From NCBI GenBank assembly GCA_964559985.1, contig CAZLJX010000003.1, positions 109,416-173,415 on the forward strand: a stretch of 64,000 nt of DNA, written 5' to 3'. A program made the translations under genes and the position numbers. The stretch comes from an uncultured Bacteroidales bacterium. Lineage in GTDB: Bacteria > Bacteroidota > Bacteroidia > Bacteroidales > CAZLJX01. A model generated the notes under the pieces. It was given only the letters and a program-made list of their open reading frames with translations. It searched no databases and had not been told where the DNA came from. This document shows positions 42,875 to 50,500 of the stretch, piece after piece. How positions within the stretch are numbered: the first letter of the stretch is position 1; each line of letters begins with the position of its first letter.

Positions 42875-42889
42875 AGTCGGTTTTTTTTT
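42855..42889. terminator. A-run/T-run hairpin at the ispD stop (possible bidirectional terminator)
   Basis: AAAAAAAAAACCG-gcattaaagt-CGGTTTTTTTTT. Only 3 G:C pairs plus A:T pairs. The ispD stop codon lies in the loop. Confidence 0.45.
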
Positions 42890-42909
42890 GATATAATTAC
42901 GTCATTTTA

Positions 42910-43647
42910 TCAATTTACAGCATTCAATTTAGATTTTATTTCATTCAGATTTCTGTAAAATAAAATCCTGTATCTTCTTTTAATCCAATATGTTCTATTC
43001 TCATGAATGAGTGAATCAATAACAGTGTTATTCTTTTTTATCACTTCAAGCATTCTATTTAATTTGACGATACTATCCGTGAGTATATGCATTGAATTAC
43101 TGTCTGTAATGTAGAATTTTAGTGTATCTGAGTAGTAAAGAGTATCATGCCGAACTATTATCCTGTTTTGCTGTTTTCCGGTTTTATAAAAAACAGATGA
43201 AGTTTTATAGTACTTATTGTTTTCCAATAGATTGTTTATAGTTAGTTTTGCTTCAGATACGTAATCACCTCCATTTATTTTTTTGACCCGGTTGCCCATC
43301 TGATTGAATATTAATATTGTAGGTGTATAAGTTATACCATCAAGATATCCAAGCATCAACGACACAGGCCTTTTATCATAATCTCTGTCATAACGGTTTT
43401 TTGTCAAGTTAATCTGATGAAGTATAACATATTGATTTTCTTTAAAGTATTTTATTAATTCTTTGTTAATCAGTTTACATGGGCCACATGTATGTGTAGA
43501 ATAAATGAATATATTCACTTTCCCAGGATGACATAAGCTGCTGAGGTTGTAAGCAACCTCACTTCCGTCGTATTCAAAAACAGTGATTTGCGCATTTATA
43601 AATGAGCTAATAAAGGCAAAAATTATTAATATTGTTATTCTTTTCAT
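42910..43647 (-). CDS. Exported thioredoxin-fold protein with C-terminal helical extension
   Basis: 245 aa with a signal peptide MKRITILIIFAFISSFINAQ, a CxxC active-site-like motif THTCGPCK and a cis-Pro-like TPTILIF block. The C-terminal ~100 aa is unassigned. Confidence 0.65.
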   Translation of the reverse strand: MKRITILIIFAFISSFINAQITVFEYDGSEVAYNLSSLCHPGKVNIFIYSTHTCGPCKLINKELIKYFKENQYVILHQINLTKNRYDRDYDKRPVSLMLGYLDGITYTPTILIFNQMGNRVKKINGGDYVSEAKLTINNLLENNKYYKTSSVFYKTGKQQNRIIVRHDTLYYSDTLKFYITDSNSMHILTDSIVKLNRMLEVIKKNNTVIDSLIHENRTYWIKRRYRILFYRNLNEIKSKLNAVN

Positions 43648-43650
43648 TTT

Positions 43651-44265
43651 TTAATTATTATCGTTAAAATCAATACCTGGCATACAACCACATTCACTTA
43701 TAGGTTTGAGAATGAGATTATCATGAGGGCTCCCATCAGGGCAACGCCCATGATAAACGTAGGTTGAATCGTATACTACATTATCTAATTGATAACTAAA
43801 CTCCTGCGTATAATAATACTGGTGGCATTTTGAACACCTATGTATTCTGCTCGGCGCTTTCACAGAGCCTTTACACCAAAATTTTGGGTCCCGGATTAAG
43901 TTTAAAAAATCAGGATGAACGAGCACTAAATCTTTATTCAAAGAATAAGTAAGTATATAAGATTCCCCTTTCCAATCAACAAACTGAAATTCGATGTTTC
44001 GTGCTCGTACCTTTATAACCAAGCCTTTAGCCTTTGCTGATGATGTTTGTATTTTCCCAGCAACATCATAAAATAAGAAAGTCGGATAAATACACTCGTT
44101 TGACAGACTATAATTAGCTGCAGAACTTATGGTTAATAATTCATCATTCGATTTTTGTATAAAGTCATCAACCGACAATGTACAAACTTCCTCATCGCAT
44201 AAAATCTGGCTATAGGTAATTTGGCTGTACATTACAACAATCAGAAAAATTATTTTTGATTTCAT
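43651..44265 (-). CDS. Exported Cys-rich protein, unknown function
   Basis: 204 aa with a signal peptide MKSKIIFLIVVMYSQITYSQ and nine Cys (LCDEEVC, HRCSKCH, GRCPDG, ECGCMPG). Its start overlaps the upstream stop (ATGA at 44262..44265). Confidence 0.6.
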   Translation of the reverse strand: MKSKIIFLIVVMYSQITYSQILCDEEVCTLSVDDFIQKSNDELLTISSAANYSLSNECIYPTFLFYDVAGKIQTSSAKAKGLVIKVRARNIEFQFVDWKGESYILTYSLNKDLVLVHPDFLNLIRDPKFWCKGSVKAPSRIHRCSKCHQYYYTQEFSYQLDNVVYDSTYVYHGRCPDGSPHDNLILKPISECGCMPGIDFNDNN

Positions 44266-45161
44266 GGTATTATTTTATTGAGGTTACTTTTTAATTCAAG
44301 TATTTTCATTAGTTTATCCTTCCGGTCATATTTTAAATAAATGGCTTCCAGGCCATCGTAATAGTGTATCAAACTGTACTTTACAATTTCATCTTGTGGA
44401 TTTTGAAGGAAATACTTTATTAATCTTTGATGAAGCTGACCAGTTTTATTAATATATTTAGTTAAATCTACTCCACGATTTGCCTTTGAATCCAGGTACA
44501 AAATTGAATCGGTAAGGCGATATAAAAGGGCCGATTGATTATGAATTTCTACCCTATTTTCAAGACTTTGAAGCTTACCCATCAGCAAATTATTCGCCAA
44601 ATTCAAGCTATCAATGGTTTTTGAATTTGTTTTTTTAATTCTTTTATTTTTAGCAAATTCTTCATTCATTTTTTCTATAACATGCTGCTTCAGGAGCATT
44701 TCTTCGTGCAAATACTTAAGCGTTCGGCTTCGGCGGGTCTTCTCAGTACCACAATTACAAAACAAGGGATATACAGGTTCAGCATTAATATCTTTCTGCG
44801 CTCCAACCAGCAAATAAACCTGCCCAAAAAAATTTTGCGGAAGAACGGGATATTGACACAAAACTTTATATTGAATAGCGTTTGAGAATTGAACCTGCAT
44901 ATTATTTATTTCTCTTCTTACCCCAACATAATTTATTTTTCTTCCTGTCAATTGGCCAATTTTAAATTCTACATCATCCATAGCATCCAGGTAGGCACTT
45001 TTCATATTAATGCCTGATCCCGAAGCGACAAAAACCTCTATTGTGCTATTACTTGGCGGCTTTTTAAATATCCACCCAGGAAGCTTTTGTGAAAAACCCT
45101 GGGCACAAAAAACACAAAGCATGAAAAAAATGGCAGCTATCAAAACCAGCTGCCATTTCAT
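44262..45161 (-). CDS. Exported protein, LPP20-like N-terminal region plus coiled coil, unknown function
   Basis: Likely start Met13 (MKWQLVLIAAIFFMLCVFCAQG, ATG 45161) rather than 45197. The segment VFVASGSGINMKSAYLDAMDDVEFKIGQL loosely resembles LPP20-type lipoproteins. Confidence 0.5.
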   Translation of the reverse strand: MKWQLVLIAAIFFMLCVFCAQGFSQKLPGWIFKKPPSNSTIEVFVASGSGINMKSAYLDAMDDVEFKIGQLTGRKINYVGVRREINNMQVQFSNAIQYKVLCQYPVLPQNFFGQVYLLVGAQKDINAEPVYPLFCNCGTEKTRRSRTLKYLHEEMLLKQHVIEKMNEEFAKNKRIKKTNSKTIDSLNLANNLLMGKLQSLENRVEIHNQSALLYRLTDSILYLDSKANRGVDLTKYINKTGQLHQRLIKYFLQNPQDEIVKYSLIHYYDGLEAIYLKYDRKDKLMKILELKSNLNKIIP

Positions 45162-45168
45162 TTTCGCT

Positions 45169-45921
45169 TTATTGAATAACCAACGAATCAGCCACATGTT
45201 GTTGCGTTTTATTCAGCTCATTATCAATCTCTTGCCACAGCCTCTCTTCATTAAAATCAACCTCCATTGATTTACGTTGATCGGCTATCGCTTTTTTTAT
45301 CGTTGATTTTCCGACACTAACAGTTATGTAACATTTATAGCTGCCATTTTTTAGCTGAGACATTTCCTGACAGGTAACTTTAAGATACTTGTTAATGGCA
45401 TTCCGGCTCGATTCAAATACTCCCGATTGAATTCTAGATATGTCTTTGGTCGCTCCACCGGCAACGTGAGTGTCAGATAGATACCTCTTTACGCCTTGTT
45501 TATAGGCTCCTGCCCATAATTGCATTAAGTTGGCTTTAGCCTGGCTATAAGCGGTATTATAAGCATCATTTTCCTGAAGTGATACTGATGAAATACCAGT
45601 TGCCCATATAACATCCATTGATGTATCTACCTGAAAACAAGGCACGTAAACAGACCTCTCGTTTACCGGAAGTTGTTTTTTTGCCAAAAAATTGCGTAAT
45701 GCAATCAACTCTGCATTGCGTTTCTCATCCGCAATTTTTGCTTCGAAAAACTGTTGCTTTGATTGTTCAGCCAGCCGTTGCTTTTCCAAAACCTGGCGGG
45801 TTCTTACTATCTCCAGACTATCCTGGATAATTCCACGCCGATACTGGGCGTTTTTTACTACGTTACACCCTATTATAAAAAGGAGGGCGATAACTAAAAT
45901 AATCATTTGTTTCATAGGCAA
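45169..45921 (-). CDS. Lipoprotein, LPP20-like, unknown function
   Basis: 250 aa with a lipobox LLFIIGC. The segment VIWATGISSVSLQENDAYNTAYSQAKANLMQL resembles the LPP20 family pattern. First gene of a four-gene operon. Confidence 0.5.
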   Translation of the reverse strand: MPMKQMIILVIALLFIIGCNVVKNAQYRRGIIQDSLEIVRTRQVLEKQRLAEQSKQQFFEAKIADEKRNAELIALRNFLAKKQLPVNERSVYVPCFQVDTSMDVIWATGISSVSLQENDAYNTAYSQAKANLMQLWAGAYKQGVKRYLSDTHVAGGATKDISRIQSGVFESSRNAINKYLKVTCQEMSQLKNGSYKCYITVSVGKSTIKKAIADQRKSMEVDFNEERLWQEIDNELNKTQQHVADSLVIQ

Positions 45922-45993
45922 TTAATTTTTAATATTTGAGTAATTCCTGTGTCCCGGATTTTGTCTTTGCAGAAGGCTCCGTTTTCCCCCTGT

Positions 45994-46019
45994 TATTTCA
46001 ACTTCCTGGAAATGAAATA
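45994..46019 (-). terminator. Hairpin between the HD-led operon and the exported-protein operon
   Basis: TATTTCA-ac-TTCC-t-GGAA-a-TGAAATA, 12 nt after the stop at 46031. There is no U-tract, so its function is uncertain. Confidence 0.3.
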
Positions 46020-46030
46020 CATCTGATTCT

Positions 46031-46561
46031 TCATATGTTTGATTTGTTAATATTTGATAAAATCGTTTCGACAGTTATTCCAAGTGTGTAAGCAAGAATG
46101 TAACGGTATTCCTTTAGTCTATCGATTTCAAACTTGAGTTGCTTATTCTTTATTCTGTAGGCCAAATTAATTTTTTGGCTTATGTGGTATCGCAAATCAT
46201 TAGTAGATATGCTAATATCACAGTTATTCATACCGTAACAATGCAATTCTTCCTTAAAAAAATACCGGTAACATTCATTAGCAATTCTCAGCAGCGCACC
46301 TTTATCATTATTGAAAGATAAAACGGGCTGGCCTCCTAACTTTATGAGCCTTTTTACTAAAATCGCATACAAAAAGGCAGCCGAAATATCTTTAACCAAC
46401 TGTTTATCAGTAATTAAACTAGACAAAATGGTCACCGGGTGTTCGTAAGCCGGGTTGCTGGCAACTACCCTGATAAATTCAATTATCGCTTCAGAAAGCA
46501 TTTCAAAATCGTCCGCGGTATAAATATGAAGAAAACAATATTTTAAATCTTCCTTTTCCAT
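46031..46561 (-). CDS. Hypothetical cytoplasmic protein (176 aa), third gene of the HD-led operon
   Basis: Track ORF with no signal peptide, TM helix or motif I recognise. Its ATG lies 1 nt after the upstream stop (TAA-T-ATG). Confidence 0.55.
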   Translation of the reverse strand: MEKEDLKYCFLHIYTADDFEMLSEAIIEFIRVVASNPAYEHPVTILSSLITDKQLVKDISAAFLYAILVKRLIKLGGQPVLSFNNDKGALLRIANECYRYFFKEELHCYGMNNCDISISTNDLRYHISQKINLAYRIKNKQLKFEIDRLKEYRYILAYTLGITVETILSNINKSNI

Positions 46562-46562
46562 A

Positions 46563-46931
46563 TTAATTGAGGCTTATCGGTATTAAATTTTCGTAGGCTT
46601 CAGCTATACGCTGAGATAGCTTATATTTTTTTATTTTGTTATTTTTCAACATATTTATGAAAAATGAATCGTTTGCTCTAAAAAGCATCACCTTGCAGGT
46701 AAGATACTTCAGCTCTTCTTCACACAAAAAGAAATTGGGTTTCAGCAATCTCACGATATACAATTGCTCGGTAACCCGACATAGCCATTGATATTCAATT
46801 ACTTGCTTCTTGCTCCAAATAATATTTCCCTGCAGTTTTTCTTCTTCGTATATTAATAATATGAGCAGAAGCTTGTCAATGAGCCATGAAGTAAAGGCAG
46901 CATTTTCTATGTTTTGAACTATCTCTCTCAT
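46563..46931 (-). CDS. Hypothetical cytoplasmic protein (~122 aa), second gene of the HD-led operon
   Basis: The track starts at TTG 46937. ATG 46931 (MREIVQNIE..) is the likelier start. Either lies within 7 nt of the upstream TGA. No recognisable motif. Confidence 0.55.
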   Translation of the reverse strand: MREIVQNIENAAFTSWLIDKLLLILLIYEEEKLQGNIIWSKKQVIEYQWLCRVTEQLYIVRLLKPNFFLCEEELKYLTCKVMLFRANDSFFINMLKNNKIKKYKLSQRIAEAYENLIPISLN

Positions 46932-46938
46932 AATCAAA

Positions 46939-47448
46939 TCAATTTATTAATTTCTCTAATTCCTTGTATAGTAATGGATTATATTTTCCCAGGCGTTCAG
47001 CAAGAAACCGACTTTCGTTTTTGTAATAATTTATTTTGTCCTCACTCCATGATAATCTTGGATTGGTGAGGTTTGCAAGACGGTCAGCCAATTTTACTAC
47101 TGCTGTTTCACGGCAACGTGTTTCAATGATTCTTTCGATACTATCTTCAATCTGATCCGTTTTTTTCAGACTTTTATCTTTGGACAGTCCTAAAACGGCA
47201 GGAAGAATCTCAATAAAGCCATAACGTGTTAAATCGTCGGAGGTGCAAGGGGTGTCTTCAATGATATCGTGCAGATAACCAATGTTAATGGCAAGCTCCA
47301 GATTAAAATCCTGCTTTTTAACATATGTCAATCGCAGAATTTTTTCTATCTTGCAAAGGTGACCATCGTAATAAGATATCCCCTCGGGCAGATAAAACTG
47401 ATTTCGGTGGTACCATTTCGCTAAAAGTTTTGCATTCATATTTGACAT
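46939..47448 (-). CDS. HD-domain protein of the RelA/SpoT hydrolase type (small alarmone hydrolase-like)
   Basis: 169 aa. AKWYHRNQF..YYDGHL, then IGYLHDIIEDTPCT and VKLADRLANL, match the H...HD(x)2ED...D and KLADRL blocks of the (p)ppGpp hydrolase domain. There is no synthetase domain. Confidence 0.65.
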   Translation of the reverse strand: MSNMNAKLLAKWYHRNQFYLPEGISYYDGHLCKIEKILRLTYVKKQDFNLELAINIGYLHDIIEDTPCTSDDLTRYGFIEILPAVLGLSKDKSLKKTDQIEDSIERIIETRCRETAVVKLADRLANLTNPRLSWSEDKINYYKNESRFLAERLGKYNPLLYKELEKLIN

Positions 47449-47453
47449 TTTTG

Positions 47454-47526
47454 ATTCAAATATATTGAATTTTTTTATCCGATATAACTGATAATCAATA
47501 CTTTAACTAGACGTCTATAAGACGTC
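47454..47526. promoter_or_regulatory. Divergent control region with palindromic elements
   Basis: The intergenic region is 87 bp. It holds an inverted repeat ATTCAA-atata-TTGAAT (47454..47470), which contains a minus-strand TATATTTG -7-like box. It also holds two copies of the palindrome GACGTC (47510..47515 and 47521..47526) spaced 11 bp centre to centre, ending 9 nt before the ATG of the large NTPase gene. Confidence 0.35.
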
Positions 47527-47535
47527 CAAACGTAT

Positions 47536-50500
47536 ATGCCACCAAAATCAAATAAACCGATAACATCAACACAAGCAAAGATTTTAATTTTAGAACTCCT
47601 AAAAAATCAGGATCGGGAAATAGCTGATTTATTATATGAATTTCTATCATCACAAAAAGATAAAAACCAAATAAGTAAGCATGCTGCTTTTACAAAAGCA
47701 TATTCAAAACCACAGATTTTTATTGATGATCTACCAAAATTCTCGACTAAAAAAGATCGTAATGAATGGCCAGCATGGCAGAAAATTTTTCATGATTTAA
47801 AACCTGATACCTTCAAATTTGTAGAAAGAAAACCTCCTAATGAGATACGCAAAAAGATAAAGCAATACCTCATAAATCAACAAACAATTAATATCGCTGA
47901 TACGGATTTTTGGTCTCCTTCATTATCTCCCGAACTAAATGTTTTAACCCCAAGGGAGGAAGAAGTTGATAAATTATGCAGCTTTTTATTTAAAAAAAAT
48001 AAAATAACCATCTATTATGGAAACCCCCGTATCGGAAAATCTGAGATAATTAACCAATTGATTAGAAAATTAAAAAAAACTGAAAATAATTTCAGATACC
48101 GGATCCTGGATTGCAAGACGATAGATATAAGTGAAGAAAAACCATTTAGCAAAACCGATGATTTTTTTATGCGCCTGATTGATAATACCAGGTACTTGCT
48201 TATCTTAGAAAATGCTGAAGTACTTAATTTTAATAATTCAAAAATTGGTAGTTTTTTAAGTCGGTTGGCAGACCAAAGCAACAATAAGCAATTGAATTTA
48301 TTGATCATAAGCAGAATTAGAAATGATATTTTAAGTGTTGATAATGAGCATCTTAATATAATTGAATCGGAGCAATTCATCAACCCTGAAATTTTAAATA
48401 ATATTAAACAAATAATAAATAATGATGGTATTTTTATTACATTGATTGAACTTTATGACCATCACCGGCTGCACGTTGGCTTGTTGCAGAAAATAAAGCA
48501 ATCAGAAAATGAGGTTGGCCAATTATTAGAAATGGCTGAGAATAAAGATGTACTTAACCTGCTTAAAGATGATTATGCCGAACAATTCAATACTTTAAAT
48601 GATCCCGAGAAAAAATTCTTCATTACCAGCATTATAACCGGTAAAGTAGTTTTGAAAACAAACAATGATAAAGTCATCGCAAATAGCATTTGTTCAAAGG
48701 GCCTTTTTGACCGGACTTATAATAATGGCTATATCATTCATCCATACATTGCTGAAATAGCTTTTGAATTTTATAAAGAAAAAAAAGAGCTACATAAGAT
48801 TGCTGAACTAATTGTAACAGAATTAAACTTTAACGGGTCTTACTTTGAAAGCTTTATTATCTGTGCTAAATGTGATTTGACTAGTATTGATAACGAAGTA
48901 AAAGATTATATCACGCATTGTACCTTAAAGGAAATCAAGCACTTGAGCTCAGACCCTAACTATAATGTCGTTATTCTAAAAGCTATTATTAAATATAACA
49001 CAGATAAAGCCTTGCTGTTACTACTGGCTGAAAATTATAGATTGGCCGGGAAACTTTCTGAAGCAACTACCTACTTAGATAAAGTCAAAGATGATAAAAC
49101 AATGGCTTTTGGTTACAATACCGAATTGGGTTTTTATTTTAACGCAAAGGCTAATGAATCAAGATCAAACAATGATAAAGAGAAATATATAACATTCGCA
49201 AAAGGAGCTTTCGAAAAAGCAATTTCACTTCCATTAACTGAAAAACTTGCAGGCGAGAATGCCATCAACCGTTATCTTCAGCCTGTAATTGGTTTATATA
49301 ATTTAAATCCAGCCCCGGAAAAACAATTTGAAATCCTTTTTAACGCCTTTTGCGACCTGCATGCATATGACCAGAATTTGCCATTATATTATTTTGAGAA
49401 ATTAACTGCTTTTTTAAATACCCAACATACTCTTAATCAAAACTTTACAAAGTTCACGGAGTGTATCATATTTTATAAAAACAGGAAATTTAAAAAAGCC
49501 TATGCGATAATTCAAGAACTCGATAAAATCTCATTATTCAGTCAACAATTAATTTTTATCAATATTAAAGCCGCAGGCCTTAGAACATCGAACCCAGAAG
49601 AATCAGAAAAACTGCTTAAATCAAGTATTGAAAAAGAGAATAATGCAGAATACAACAGAATGGCATACAGGGAATTATTATTGACTTACTTTGTTAATGG
49701 TATGCTCAATAAGATTGAGTCAGATTCAGCTTTAAAATCAAATCAAGATATAATCGTTGAGGTTGCCCTGGAAGCACCTATTTGGTGGTTTGCAAAAATT
49801 ACTGACAACAATAAAAAAATAAAAGTACTTACATTCTTTAATAATAATTATAAGGAGGAGTTTAAAAATAACGGTTTATCAGACTGGTTATATGCCCAGA
49901 TAATCAAATCTTTTTTAGATGCAGGCATTAATGAAATTGATAAATACCTGCACGAACCTTGTATTCCTGATCCAAAGTCTTTTTCTGACCAAGAAGTTAA
50001 AAAAATAATTCCCATTTTACAATCTAAAATTATCGATAACCCAGATTTAATCTACCCACTGGCTCTTTTTTCATCCACCAATCAACATTATGAACAATTA
50101 CTCAGTTATTGTAATGAAATCTCAACTTTTAATGCAGAAAATTATCATTTTTTAAAATTGCTATGCAAATTAGCTGTAGACTTAAAAGACGAAAAATATA
50201 TTCCCCAACTTTCAAAAATTGATTCTTCAATTGCCAAAAATTTTTCTTATGAATTTTACCATGCAGCATTAATACTTGAAAAAACAGGCAAATATAGCTT
50301 GGCTGATGATTTTTTTAACAAAGCCATACTTCATGCATCTGAACCCGATTTTAATATGTTCTTTCATTATGCCTTCTATCTTTTAAGAAATTCAGATGTA
50401 AGTAACTTTAAAGTTCAAATTAGTGAGGCAAAAAAAAGCTGGATGTCTTCAAGATTACCAACCGACCGCCAGAGTAAACATCATGAAAAATGGTTCAATT

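Noticed and set aside
45962-45969. A plus-strand promoter-like TGTCTTTGCAG in the spacer between the two minus-strand island operons.
   Set aside because: It deviates from TAnnTTTG at position 2, has no upstream TTG at the right spacing, and has no plus-strand gene downstream.
46031-47448. Reading the HD-led operon as a classical toxSAS (small alarmone synthetase) toxin plus SAH antitoxin pair.
   Set aside because: Neither downstream protein shows synthetase-like motifs by eye, so the specific toxSAS model is unsupported. The broader toxin/immunity idea is kept as a hypothesis only.
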